Below are positions 30,010 through 40,489 of a stretch of DNA of 64,000 bases, in pieces. The stretch comes from Gemmatimonadota bacterium. GTDB taxonomy: Bacteria; Gemmatimonadota; Gemmatimonadetes; Gemmatimonadales; GWC2-71-9. Under the pieces are notes generated by a model, which worked only from the letters and a program-made list of their open reading frames with translations, searched no databases and was not told the DNA's origin. A program made the translations under genes and the position numbers. The stretch is taken from assembly GCA_039586365.1 (NCBI GenBank), contig JBDHKN010000016.1, positions 60,957-124,956 on the forward strand. Reading direction: 5' to 3'. Numbering within the stretch: position 1 is the stretch's first letter; each line of letters starts with the position of its first letter.

Positions 30010-31344
30010 ATGGTGGACGCTAGCGCATCAGCGTCATCCGAGAGATCCGCTCATTGGGGGCCGGTTACTGAACGGGAGCGGATTGTGACGCTGGACGTAC
30101 TACGTGGCGTTGCAGTCTGCGGCATTCTCTTGGCCAACATCCTGATCTTTGCTTTCCCCGCAGACTCTGCCAACCTCATAGGCGAAAGTTCGAGAACAGG
30201 CGACCAACTGGTGGGAGTGTTCCAGGGGCTGTTTGTAGAGGGGAAGTTCTATTCACTGTTCTCGATCCTGTTCGGCGTGGGTATCGCCTTGCAGAACCGT
30301 CGTGCGCGGTGCCTTAACCAACAGTTTGCCAAGGTGTATGTCAGGCGGCTGATAGTGTTGATTTTCATCGGGATCGTGCACGGTCTCTTTTTCTTCGCTG
30401 CTGATATCCTTGCCTTCTACGCAGTTGTCGCCTTCATCGCATTGCCATTTCGGAACGCAAGGACGAGCACGCTGCTGCGCGCCGCCATCGTGTTCTATTG
30501 CATAGGACTGCTCTTCCTTGGGGTGTATGTGCAACGAAGCGAAGGGAACCTCATGCCACAGGAACCGAACTGGCGAACGCTCGTCGAAGACTCCCAATCT
30601 CCACAAAAGGGCGCGTGGCCGGTTGTCATACCGGTTGTGGCGGATCTGCTGCGGTTATCCGAACTCGACTTCTATGAGTTCATGGCCGACGAGCAGCGGA
30701 TCTTTGCGGAAGGTACTTGGCTGGAGATGGTGGGGCATCGTGCGGTGAGGTTCTCACTCATAGCCATGCCACTGAAACTCGTCTTCGTGAGCTGGAGAGT
30801 GCTGGGACTATTCCTTCTGGGAATGTACTTCGTGAGGCGTCTTCCCAGAGCCGACGCTACGGAAGCAGCCAGTGGTTACAAGGGCAGGGCCGTAAGCTTC
30901 TTCGCACTGGGGATGATCCTTCAGCTCGTCGGTGTTGTTGCCCAAGTGGGTGTTGGGCAGTACATGCTGGCGCTACCTGTGTTTCTCATTGGAGTTTTCA
31001 CTGGAATCGTTGCGGTGAGCCTGGGTTACGCTGCCTGGATACTGATGCTATGCACCAAGCAAGCTCGCTCCGCGCTGGTTCATGCTCTCGGCGCGGTAGG
31101 TCGCATGGCTCTCACCAATTACCTGGGTCAGTCGATCATCTGTGGCTCTATCTTCTATGGCTACGGTCTCGGGTTGTTTGGCCAGCTGCATCCCACTCAG
31201 GTGATGATGTTGACCGTCCCGATATTCGCTCTGCAACTCGTCGTCAGTAGCATTTGGCTCCGGCATTTTCAGTTTGGGCCTGTGGAGTGGATCTGGCGAA
31301 CGTTGAGCTACATGCAAGTCCAGCCGATGCGGCGGACCCTGTGA
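30010..31344 (+). CDS. DUF418/YeiB-family membrane protein
   Basis: RIVTLDVLRG, GKFYSLFSILFG, GRMALTNYLGQS, GPVEWIWR. Confidence 0.9.
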   Translation: MVDASASASSERSAHWGPVTERERIVTLDVLRGVAVCGILLANILIFAFPADSANLIGESSRTGDQLVGVFQGLFVEGKFYSLFSILFGVGIALQNRRARCLNQQFAKVYVRRLIVLIFIGIVHGLFFFAADILAFYAVVAFIALPFRNARTSTLLRAAIVFYCIGLLFLGVYVQRSEGNLMPQEPNWRTLVEDSQSPQKGAWPVVIPVVADLLRLSELDFYEFMADEQRIFAEGTWLEMVGHRAVRFSLIAMPLKLVFVSWRVLGLFLLGMYFVRRLPRADATEAASGYKGRAVSFFALGMILQLVGVVAQVGVGQYMLALPVFLIGVFTGIVAVSLGYAAWILMLCTKQARSALVHALGAVGRMALTNYLGQSIICGSIFYGYGLGLFGQLHPTQVMMLTVPIFALQLVVSSIWLRHFQFGPVEWIWRTLSYMQVQPMRRTL

Positions 31345-31546
31345 GCCTGTCCACCGGCTTGGTACCTAGGATGTGAGCTGCTGGTGATCGGGATCGCCAA
31401 ACCGGTCAGATCGTTCACGCTCCCTGCCATGTCGGGACGGGGCAGCATGGAGCGGTTGAAAACCCGGGACCGGGACTCTATGGTCCGAGTTGCTCACGCT
31501 TGACGAGCGGAGCGCCAGTCAAATCAACAGTGGAGGACTTGCCCTC

Positions 31547-33061
31547 ATGAACCGATTTGCGGTCTGTTGCGCCATAGGCGGCGTCTTCGCCCTGGCTTCT
31601 CCCGACAAAGGCACACTTGCACAGGTCGACCCAAGAGCGACGGCCTTTTCCGCGGTCGATCGGAACAGCGCGGAGATCGGGAAGGTCGGCGATGCCATCT
31701 TCAGCTTTGCGGAGCTTGGCATGCAGGAGTTCGAGACAGCCAAGCTGTGTGCTGAGATTCTAGCTGACATGGGGTACGAGGTTGAGTCCGGCCTGTCCGG
31801 GATTCCAACAGCGCTACTTGCGACCTACGGGTCGGGCCAGCCCGTCATTGCGATCCATGTCGAGTACGATGCCGTGCCGAACGGCTCGCAAGCTGCAGGA
31901 GTCACGGAACGCAAGGAGCTCGTGGCAGGGGCGCCTGGACATGCGGAAGGTCACAACACCAACGCCGCTGTCTGGATCGGTGCAGCCTTTGCGATCAAGG
32001 ATGCCATCGACAGGCACAACCTGGCCGGCACCATCAAGCTATTCTCCGCTCCTGCCGAGGAGCAGATCATCAGTCGGCCGTACTTCGTACGGGATGGCTA
32101 TTTCACGGATGTCGACGCCGCGTTCCACGCGCATGTCGGCTCTTCGCTGGCGACGAGTTATGGTGTGAGACAGTACGCTGCGATGTCAGTGGAATACGAG
32201 TTCTTTGGCAAGACGGCACATGCGGGTTCCTCACCTTGGGCCGGAGTGAGTGCGGTCGATGCAGTCAAGCTGATGGACCTTGCATGGGATGTGCTGCGCG
32301 AACACCTGCCGCCCACGCAGCGGAGTCATTCCGTGATAACGCACGGCGGGATTCAACCCAACGTTGTGCCTGACTATGCGAAGATCTGGTTCTACTTCCG
32401 CGAGTCCACCTACGAGGGCGCCAGGCACCTCCACGAGAGAGCGCACCAAGTCGCGCAGGGTGCTGCGACGATGACTGGAGCGACCTTCGAGGAACATGTG
32501 CTCGCCGCGGTGTGGCCCACACGAGACAACAGGACGGTGGCAGAGGTGGTCCAGTCGAACATCGAGTTGGTTGGCATGCCAGATTGGACACCGGAAGAGC
32601 AGGCGCTGGCCCGTCGGATTCAGAGAGCTGCAACGGTCGCGGAGACTGGCCTGCGGACGGGCACCTCGTCCCTGAATGAAGCGGCGCAGAGTACCAGTTC
32701 GAACGATTCGGGGGACATCACCTGGACCGTGCCTCATGGTCGGATCACTTTTCCGGCCAACGTTCCCAATGTCCCGTTTCACCACTGGGCTGCCGCAATC
32801 GCCGAAGCCACCTCCATCGCACACAAGGGTAGCGTGGCTGGCGCCAAGGTGCTTGCAGGGGCAGTGATCGACCTACTCACGAATCCGCAGTTGCTGCTCG
32901 AGGCGCGGGAAACGTTCACGCAAGAGGTCAGCGGTTCTACCTATCGGTCGCTGTTGCCGACCGCACAGGAGCCCCCGATCGACTTGAACTCGGAGGAGAT
33001 GGCGAAGCACCGCGAGTTGATGAAAGCACACTACCAGAAAGTGCCGATTCGGTTCAGGTGA
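31547..33061 (+). CDS. M20 amidohydrolase (AbgB-like), secreted
   Basis: AELGMQE, EYDAVP, GHAEGHN, PAEE, GKTAHA, SNDSGD. Confidence 0.88.
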   Translation: MNRFAVCCAIGGVFALASPDKGTLAQVDPRATAFSAVDRNSAEIGKVGDAIFSFAELGMQEFETAKLCAEILADMGYEVESGLSGIPTALLATYGSGQPVIAIHVEYDAVPNGSQAAGVTERKELVAGAPGHAEGHNTNAAVWIGAAFAIKDAIDRHNLAGTIKLFSAPAEEQIISRPYFVRDGYFTDVDAAFHAHVGSSLATSYGVRQYAAMSVEYEFFGKTAHAGSSPWAGVSAVDAVKLMDLAWDVLREHLPPTQRSHSVITHGGIQPNVVPDYAKIWFYFRESTYEGARHLHERAHQVAQGAATMTGATFEEHVLAAVWPTRDNRTVAEVVQSNIELVGMPDWTPEEQALARRIQRAATVAETGLRTGTSSLNEAAQSTSSNDSGDITWTVPHGRITFPANVPNVPFHHWAAAIAEATSIAHKGSVAGAKVLAGAVIDLLTNPQLLLEARETFTQEVSGSTYRSLLPTAQEPPIDLNSEEMAKHRELMKAHYQKVPIRFR

Positions 33062-33209
33062 GATACGGGAGCGGCAACTGCGCTATACTGGGAAAGGTCG
33101 CAGGTGCAGGGGCAGTATCGGATGTGGGCGGCGAATCTCCTCACAGAGTTGAGGGCAAGGGCGAACCGGAACGACTCACAACACTATACCGACAAGGAAG
33201 ACGGACGCG

Positions 33210-34391
33210 ATGTCACCCAATCGAAGAGATTTCCTGAAGACCACCGCTGTAGCCGGGACGACTCTAGGGCTAGGGCAGTGGCCGGCAGTCGCTGAGGGCC
33301 AACAGACACCCGCATCGGGGCCTCGACGGGTGGTCGCCCCCAAGCGCTTGCTGGTTCTCGGCGGGACAGGGTTCATCGGTCCCCACATGGTGGAGTATGC
33401 CCTGAGTCGTGGGCACAGTGTCACCATCTTCAACCGTGGGAGGACCAACACCCACCTGTTTCCCGATGTGGAGAAGTTGGTGGGGGACCGCAACGATGAC
33501 TTGCGTGCCCTGGATGGCCGCGAGTGGGATGTGGTGCTCGACAACCACGCTACGCTCCCGCGCTGGGTGCGGCAGACTGCACAGCTCCTGAAAGATTCAG
33601 CCAAGCAATACATCCACGTATCGACCATCTCCGTGTACGACGGTGAGTCGACTAGCATGGGTGGAGAGCGGGACGCTGAACCGGGATCGGCTGAGGAAGA
33701 CCGGCTTCGGATTGACGAGGATTCGAAGCTGGCGACGCTACCCGAAGGCTACGAAGGAGAAGAGGTCACTGGTCAGAGTTATGGTCCGTTCAAGGTTATG
33801 GCGGAGCAAGAAGCACGGCGGGCTTTCCCCGGTAGGGCAACGATTGTACGGCCGGGTCTCATCGTGGGTCCGGGTGACCCAACTGACCGATTCACTTACT
33901 GGCCCGTCCGCATCGACCGTGGTGGTAACGTTCTCGTGCCAGGTGACGGACTCGACTCAGTCCAGTTCATCGACGTGCGGGACCTCACCGAATGGATTGT
34001 GCGTCTGGCGGAGGACGGGATAACTGGGACGTTCAATGCCACCGGTCCAGCCTCCCGGCTCTCGATGGCGGAGATGGTATATGGCATACGAGCAGCAACC
34101 AGCTCTCCCGTACGCTTCACTTGGGTGGACAGTGAATTCCTGGCAGAACATGAAGTGCAACCCTGGTCGCACATGCCGGTATGGATTCCGGCCGACAAGC
34201 TATCCTTCGTGCGAATCGACCGAGCGCTCGAAAAGGGGCTTACGTTCCGGCCACTCGCCGTAACAGCACGCGATACGATCGACTGGCACCAGACACGTCC
34301 CCTAGAGCAGCGTAACTCGATGCGAACCGGGCTCGAACCCGAGCGTGAAGCCCAATTGCTCGAGGAGTGGCGCACGAGGACTTCTCGCTGA
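33210..34391 (+). CDS. Tat-signal NAD-dependent epimerase/dehydratase-family protein
   Basis: NRRDFLK twin-arginine signal, LGGTGFIG, YGPFK, RPGLIVGPGD. Confidence 0.87.
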   Translation: MSPNRRDFLKTTAVAGTTLGLGQWPAVAEGQQTPASGPRRVVAPKRLLVLGGTGFIGPHMVEYALSRGHSVTIFNRGRTNTHLFPDVEKLVGDRNDDLRALDGREWDVVLDNHATLPRWVRQTAQLLKDSAKQYIHVSTISVYDGESTSMGGERDAEPGSAEEDRLRIDEDSKLATLPEGYEGEEVTGQSYGPFKVMAEQEARRAFPGRATIVRPGLIVGPGDPTDRFTYWPVRIDRGGNVLVPGDGLDSVQFIDVRDLTEWIVRLAEDGITGTFNATGPASRLSMAEMVYGIRAATSSPVRFTWVDSEFLAEHEVQPWSHMPVWIPADKLSFVRIDRALEKGLTFRPLAVTARDTIDWHQTRPLEQRNSMRTGLEPEREAQLLEEWRTRTSR

Positions 34392-34446
34392 ACGCGTGGT
34401 GTGACGAGGGCCAACCATATCGGTGTACTAAGCCCGATCCAGCGGC

Positions 34447-34719
34447 TCATGGTGACCTCAAGAACCACTCGGCGAGTTGCTCCAAACGCTGGTCACGCTG
34501 CTCTCGGGCGCGGACGAGAATGCGTTCGACGTGCGGCCGCAACCTTGGCTCACCCCACCTGTAGCCGGTAGCCAGCTCGGCGCTGTGGGGGTCGCCCAGG
34601 TTCCATCCTTCGATGAGAGCGCACGCAGCCGCTTCGTCGAACGCTGGGTCGTTGCGCTTGGGTAATGTGTAGCTGGTTTCGCGGCCCTCTGCGTCCTCGT
34701 CGACGAATGCCCTTGACAT
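34447..34719 (-). CDS. Small hypothetical protein starting MSRAFVDED
   Basis: 90 aa. The N-terminus resembles the MSRAFVKE start of GreA/GreB-like proteins, but the rest is not Gre-like. Confidence 0.6.
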   Translation of the reverse strand: MSRAFVDEDAEGRETSYTLPKRNDPAFDEAAACALIEGWNLGDPHSAELATGYRWGEPRLRPHVERILVRAREQRDQRLEQLAEWFLRSP

Positions 34720-35096
34720 GTCGAATGCCTAACCACGTTATGGTTGATCCTGCAACCCCACTGCCAATTGACAGCCAGCATCACCGGTACGGCTCAGCCT
34801 CGCACAGCGGCCCCTACTCCGCGAAAGACACGGACACTTGATCCAGTCCGTCTGCACGCGGCGCTGCTACGCGGGCCGCGAGGAAAGTGAAGATCCCCAG
34901 GATTTGGGCGACCCTGATGGTGGCCTCTGTATGATTGGCGTCACTTGGTGTGGTACACCGGACGCACGCTTCTCCCGGCATCACTCCGCGTCATTCATCC
35001 CTTGACGCTCAGCTGACGGGCTCCTTGCAGAATGGCGACGTGACGGTGGACGTAGGGGTGAGGGAGTTCTAGTGTGGTTGTCAGACTCGCAGCGGG

Positions 35097-36506
35097 GTGA
35101 TTATGAACACGATCAAGTTTGTTCTCATTAGCCCGACGTCGCCAACCTGGCGCGCTCCTGAGGCAGGGCGTCCGCGCGGTCGCCGTGTATTCCGTTTTTC
35201 GATGCTATCGAGCCTTCAGACAGCGGCCGCAATGCCTCCCTGGGTAGTGACACGGATCATCGATGAGGACATCGAACCGATGGATTTCGACATGGACGCG
35301 GACCTCATCGGCATCTCGTTCATGACGTACAACGCCCCCAGGGCCTATGAAATCGCCGACCGGTTCCGCCAACGGGGCAAGCCCGTGATCTTTGGTGGTT
35401 TCCATCCGACGTTCTTGCCAAATGAGGCCATCAAGCACGCAGACGCAGTCTGTATCGGCGAGGCCGAGTACAACGTGCCGCGCATGATGAGAGACTTTGC
35501 AGCAGGGCGGCTGAAGCAGTTCTATAGGAGCGGGCTGGTGGATCTCTCGGGTCTTCCCGTGGCTGACCGTGACCTCATTCGGAAGCAGGCGTACATCACA
35601 CCTGATGTCCTCCAGGCGACAAGAGGTTGTCCCAATGCCTGCAAGTTCTGTTCGATCGCTGCTTTCCACCGTCGAACAATTCGCACCCGTCCAGTCGAAG
35701 AGGTCCTCGAGGAATTGAGGGCGTTGGGTCGACACGTGGTCTTCATGGACGACAACATCATAGGAGATCGCGACTATGCGGTCGAGCTCTTCTCGGCAAT
35801 GATTCCACTTAGGAAGAGGTGGTTCAGCCAATGTGGTATTGGTGTCGCGTACGATGAGGAGCTGCTCAGGCTTGCACACCGGAGCGGATGTCGCGGTCTA
35901 TTCATCGGTTTCGAATCCCTTTCGCAGGAGAACCTGAACAATTGGCGCAAGGATGGCGCCAGGGCGAAGGACTATGTCCGGCTCGTACACAAGCTGCACT
36001 GGATGGGAATCGGCGTGTACGCCGGATTCGTGTTCGGCAGTGACCGTGACACACCGCGAGTCTTCGAAACCACACTTGAGTTCCTGCGGGAGGCCAAGTT
36101 GGATGCGCTGCAGGCCACGCGGCTCACGCCCTTTCCCGGGACCCCGCTGTTTGACGAGATGGACCGGCAGGGTCGGATCGTCGACAAGGACTGGAGTCAC
36201 TACGACTTCTTCAACGTGGTTTTCGAGCCTCGCCACATGAGTCCCGAGACGCTCGATCGGGGGACTGCGTGGGTGCTTCGGCAATTCTACTCGCGGCGGC
36301 GAGTCGCCCAGCGATTGTGGCAGGAGCTGGGATACCTGAATCCGACGGCGTTCATACGAGTGGTCGTACCACTGAATCTTGGATATCGGCAGAGACTGGC
36401 GGCCAACGGCACGGTCGAGCGAGGGCGAAACTTCGTACTGCCGGCCCGGTCTGCTCTGCAACCGAGGGCGGTGGCACTTTCTGGCGAGTACCACAATACG
36501 CACTGA
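35097..36506 (+). CDS. B12-binding-domain radical SAM protein
   Basis: DLIGIS and GGFHPT B12-binding-type domain, RGCPNACKFC (CX3CX2C), FMDDN, GFES, TPFPGT. Confidence 0.9.
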   Translation: MIMNTIKFVLISPTSPTWRAPEAGRPRGRRVFRFSMLSSLQTAAAMPPWVVTRIIDEDIEPMDFDMDADLIGISFMTYNAPRAYEIADRFRQRGKPVIFGGFHPTFLPNEAIKHADAVCIGEAEYNVPRMMRDFAAGRLKQFYRSGLVDLSGLPVADRDLIRKQAYITPDVLQATRGCPNACKFCSIAAFHRRTIRTRPVEEVLEELRALGRHVVFMDDNIIGDRDYAVELFSAMIPLRKRWFSQCGIGVAYDEELLRLAHRSGCRGLFIGFESLSQENLNNWRKDGARAKDYVRLVHKLHWMGIGVYAGFVFGSDRDTPRVFETTLEFLREAKLDALQATRLTPFPGTPLFDEMDRQGRIVDKDWSHYDFFNVVFEPRHMSPETLDRGTAWVLRQFYSRRRVAQRLWQELGYLNPTAFIRVVVPLNLGYRQRLAANGTVERGRNFVLPARSALQPRAVALSGEYHNTH

Positions 36507-36608
36507 ATTAGGCCGGTCCTCGTCTTGAGGGTCTGCCACCGCTTTGCCGCCGCGCCACGTCCAGAGTATGTTCCGACCTCAGTTGGCAGATCTCCGGAGG
36601 TCGCTGTG

Positions 36609-38138
36609 TTGCGTCGCATGTCCTGTCTGTTGTGTGCGATCCCGCTCGGATTCCCGAACGCCCTTGTAGCTCAAGCTCCCAAGGCCGAGTCGCTGGCCCA
36701 TGTACTCGATGAGTTCATTGTGAAGGGAATGCGTGATTGGGAGATCCCCGGGCTTGCGGTTGCCGTGGTGCGTAGCGACAGCGTGTTGTTACTCAAGGGG
36801 TATGGCACGCGCGAGTTGGGGCGTGCGCGAGCTGTGGACGAACATACCCTGTTCGGCATCATGTCCACCACCAAAGCCATGACCTCGGCCGCAATTGCTA
36901 TGCTCGTGGATGATGGCTTGGTGAGGTGGAACGATCCCGTGACGAAGTGGATTCCCGAGTTCGAGATGCCGGAACCGTACGTGACGGGCGAACTTACCGT
37001 GCTGGACTTGCTGACACACCGAGCGGGGCTCGGGAACGCCGACCTCCTCTGGATGCGCGGCGATCTCGACGATGGCGAGATCTTTCGTCGAGTAAGGTAC
37101 TTGGATCCCACCTACTCGTTCCGGGCGGGTTATACCTACCAGAACATCATGTATGGCTTGGCGGGGGAGCTGATCGCTAGGGCGTCGGGAATGCCGTACG
37201 GTGAGTTTCTGAAAGATCGGTTGCTCGATCCTCTCGGCATGAGCCGAACCTTGACGAGTCTGGCCGCCGTGCGCGAGTCGGCAGACGACAACGTGTCATC
37301 CTCCCACTTTGAGATTCGCGACACCATCAGAGTCATCGAGGAAGAAGCGGTCGACGTGTTGGCGTCGGCCGGGGCTGTTTGGTCAAACGCCTCGGACATG
37401 GCTCGGTGGATGCAGTTCCTATTGGACTCAGCCCGTGTGGGTGGGCAGGGTCTCATCAAGCCGGAGACGTTTGCAGAGTTGTTCCGACCGCACACGATTA
37501 TTCCCGCGAGCCAGTTCTATCCGACTATTCGCCTCACCCAGCCCCACTGGACCACGTACGCACTCGGCTGGTTCCAGCAGGACTACCGCGGACATTATGT
37601 GGCGTTTCACACAGGCAGCCTGTCCGGCCGGATCGCAATCGTAGGGCTGTTGCCTGATGAACGGTTCGGGATCACGGTGCTGGGGAACCTGGATCACGCA
37701 GAGTTCCGACACGCATTGATGCTCAAAGCGTTCGATCTCCAACTCGGAGACAATGGTCGGGACTGGAGCGAGGAACTACTCGCATTCTATCGCGGCTTCG
37801 CGGCCGACGCCGATTCGGTCCGCTCGGGGCGGGAAGCACAGCGCAGAACTGGCACGCAACCTTCACTGCCTCTTTCCCAGTATGTGGGCACGTACACCCA
37901 CCCGGTGTGGGGAGATCTCGTGGTCAGTGAGCTTGGGGATGGACTGACGGCTCAGCTGGGGGCGGAGAACCAGTTGCGAGGCCTGCTGGCACACTGGCAC
38001 TACGACACGTTCCGCATTCAGCTGGGCGACGGGCGGTCGGAGCCTGATTGGGTGCAGTTCGTGTTGGGCAGAGACGGAAGGGTCGACGAGTTGCGCTTCG
38101 GAGCCGATGGGGAGATCGTGTTCGGGCGCAAGCCGTGA
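36609..38138 (+). CDS. Serine hydrolase (beta-lactamase/S12 family) with C-terminal DUF3471-like domain
   Basis: STTK (SxxK), LLTHRAG, YQN, HTG. C-terminal YVGTYTHPVWG. Start placed behind a GGAGG RBS. Confidence 0.9.
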   Translation: MRRMSCLLCAIPLGFPNALVAQAPKAESLAHVLDEFIVKGMRDWEIPGLAVAVVRSDSVLLLKGYGTRELGRARAVDEHTLFGIMSTTKAMTSAAIAMLVDDGLVRWNDPVTKWIPEFEMPEPYVTGELTVLDLLTHRAGLGNADLLWMRGDLDDGEIFRRVRYLDPTYSFRAGYTYQNIMYGLAGELIARASGMPYGEFLKDRLLDPLGMSRTLTSLAAVRESADDNVSSSHFEIRDTIRVIEEEAVDVLASAGAVWSNASDMARWMQFLLDSARVGGQGLIKPETFAELFRPHTIIPASQFYPTIRLTQPHWTTYALGWFQQDYRGHYVAFHTGSLSGRIAIVGLLPDERFGITVLGNLDHAEFRHALMLKAFDLQLGDNGRDWSEELLAFYRGFAADADSVRSGREAQRRTGTQPSLPLSQYVGTYTHPVWGDLVVSELGDGLTAQLGAENQLRGLLAHWHYDTFRIQLGDGRSEPDWVQFVLGRDGRVDELRFGADGEIVFGRKP

Positions 38139-38285
38139 GGCTGTTGTGAATCGGCTCAATGTGCTGCGACTTTTTGGCTACCCTGGTTGAAGATGAGGTC
38201 GCGAGGTCTTCTCTCTAGCCGAGGAGTAGAGTAAACTGACTCGGCCTGCCGCAATCACAAGCCCCTGCACCTTACGGAGGGTGCA

Positions 38286-39413
38286 TTGTTAGGTGTACTG
38301 CAACTGACAGACAAAGGCGCTGGATTCCTCCGCCGGCGCGAGACGCACTACCTTCCATCGTCCAAGGACGTCTTCGTGCCCCAGGGGATCGTGCGCAAAT
38401 TTGGACTCCGCACCGGAGACGAGATCGCTGGGGAAGTGGGAAAGCCCCCTGGTCGCGGTAAGAGCCCTCCGCTCAAAACCGTTACTGAGATCAACAGCCG
38501 ACCGCCGGAGGCGATCCAGGGACGACCGGACTTCACGCGACGCAGCGCCGTCCATCCTAACACGCAGCTGGTGCTGGAGTGCGGCCTCACGCGGTTCGGG
38601 AGGCCTGACTACACCAACCGCATCATTGATATCCTCTGCCCGTTTGGTTTAGGCCAGCGCGCGTTGATCGTTGCGCCTGCAAAAGCCGGCAAGACGATGG
38701 TACTGCAGGCCATTGCGCAGGGCATCGCGGAGAACCGTCCTGATGCACAACTGTCCATACTGCTGGTTGATGAGAGGCCCGAGGAAGTGACCGAGATGGA
38801 GATGTGTGGCTACGGAGAGGTGGTCGCATCGAGCTTCGACTTCCCAGCCGAACGCCACGTCGCACTGGCAGAGCTCACGCTTGAGCGAGCACGGCGCCGG
38901 GTGGAACTGGGTGATGACGTGGTCATCATCCTCGACTCAATCACGCGGCTAGCACGGGCATACAACACCGTTACTAGGGGCACAGGGAGGACGCTCTCCG
39001 GAGGGCTAGACGCGATGTCGCTGGAAGAGCCCAAACGGTTCCTTGGCAGCGCCCGCGCATTTGACCCTGCTCAGGGAGGCGGATCTCTCACAATTATCGG
39101 TACGGCGCTGGTGGACACGGGGTCCAAGATGGACCAAGTCATCTACGAAGAGTTCAAAGGAACTGGCAATAGCGAGCTGGTACTGAGCCGCGAAATCGCC
39201 GAACGCCGCATCTACCCTGCCTACGATCTCATTGCCTCCGCTACGCGGCGAGAGGAGTTGTTGCTATCAACTGAGGCACTTGAGGCCGCTCGGCTGCTAC
39301 GGAAGCGCTTGGCGGATAGCCTACCGGTCGATGCGATGACCCTGCTGCTGACGTTGCTGAAGGGGACCGACACGAATGCTGAGTTCGTCAGCCGGATTCT
39401 GGCAGAAGGATGA
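38286..39413 (+). CDS. rho: Transcription termination factor Rho homolog, short form lacking the N-terminal helical bundle
   Basis: GVL...GFLR...LRTGD OB-fold, GQRALIVAPAKAGKT, DERPEEVT, LDSITRLARAYN, EEFKGTGNSE, TRREELL. Confidence 0.9.
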   Translation: MLGVLQLTDKGAGFLRRRETHYLPSSKDVFVPQGIVRKFGLRTGDEIAGEVGKPPGRGKSPPLKTVTEINSRPPEAIQGRPDFTRRSAVHPNTQLVLECGLTRFGRPDYTNRIIDILCPFGLGQRALIVAPAKAGKTMVLQAIAQGIAENRPDAQLSILLVDERPEEVTEMEMCGYGEVVASSFDFPAERHVALAELTLERARRRVELGDDVVIILDSITRLARAYNTVTRGTGRTLSGGLDAMSLEEPKRFLGSARAFDPAQGGGSLTIIGTALVDTGSKMDQVIYEEFKGTGNSELVLSREIAERRIYPAYDLIASATRREELLLSTEALEAARLLRKRLADSLPVDAMTLLLTLLKGTDTNAEFVSRILAEG

Positions 39414-39593
39414 TGGTGGGGGACCCAATGCCTTTGCCGGATGGAGTTGGCTGGAGCAAGAGGATGTGGTGGACTTCTTGGAAACGCTCTGAAGTTTCAG
39501 AAAGGCCGCGGATTGGGCCTTCCATCTGTTCTAGCCATAGAACATTGCCATCATATAATTGAGTTGGCGAATCCCGTTTAGGAGACGCTTGCC

Positions 39594-40031
39594 CTACGCG
39601 GCTGTAAACGCTGCTAGGCTCAAGATGCCGGCCAATACCAGGCCATAGCCGACGGCGCCCTGTACCAGGAACACGACAATCCAGATCAGGCCGGCCTCAC
39701 GCCACATCGCGCAGCTGAACACGATCCTGTAGATCACGATCGGAATGATCGAATACGCGATCAGAAAGGCAACGAGCGGCGGTGCTTGAAGGTACAATCC
39801 GAACATCATGAATCCGGCCAGCGAGAACGGGCCGATCAGGATCTGTGCGAGGAAAGCCTTGCCGTAGGTGGGATTGTGCAGGTTGTTGATTCGCTTCGCG
39901 GTGAACCCCGTCGCGAACACCGAGACGATGAAGGTGATTACAAAAGCGAGCCAGAGAGCTTGCACGATGGAACTGGGGCGCGGTGCTTGTTGAGCCACCG
40001 CGATCAACGCCGCTGTGAAGTCGACAGGCAT
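39594..40031 (-). CDS. Hypothetical membrane protein (about 4 TM)
   Basis: Hydrophobic helices. RBS GGAAGGAG before the ATG at 40031. Confidence 0.75.
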   Translation of the reverse strand: MPVDFTAALIAVAQQAPRPSSIVQALWLAFVITFIVSVFATGFTAKRINNLHNPTYGKAFLAQILIGPFSLAGFMMFGLYLQAPPLVAFLIAYSIIPIVIYRIVFSCAMWREAGLIWIVVFLVQGAVGYGLVLAGILSLAAFTAA

Positions 40032-40489
40032 AGTGCTGGCTCCTTCCTGTGTTGCGATTCGTTTCGGATGCGGAACAGTAACCGGGTTACCAGTGATGTA
40101 TGGGCTTGGCACGTTGCGGGAAGAGACGAGCGGACCGGGGAGAGGGTCAGCGGGAGAACTTGTTCCCAGTCGGCGGGGCGGTTTGCTAGTTGCCGGTGAA
40201 TCGATCGGTCCTTGGACTGGGCCGTGCCAAGATTGTGAGCGCCGTTGCTCATGTCAACCCTTGCCCGAATGTCACGCCGGTGAATCTGAGAACCGCAGGA
40301 CCGGCGGAACGCCTTGAACTGAGGGGTAGTGGCCAGAGGTGGGCCGAATGGGAGCGGAATCGACTTGACGCGACCACTGCAACGTGATGTCGCTGATTCG
40401 CGATCTGCTATCCCGGTGACCATATGGGGCGCGCGTTGTGACCCAGGGCTGGCAAGGGGGGTATCTATGGTTGGAACCGAGCCGCCGAG

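Noticed and set aside
39440..39492. Fragment WLEQEDVVDFLETL* resembling a protein C-terminus
   Set aside because: Too short to call a pseudogene.
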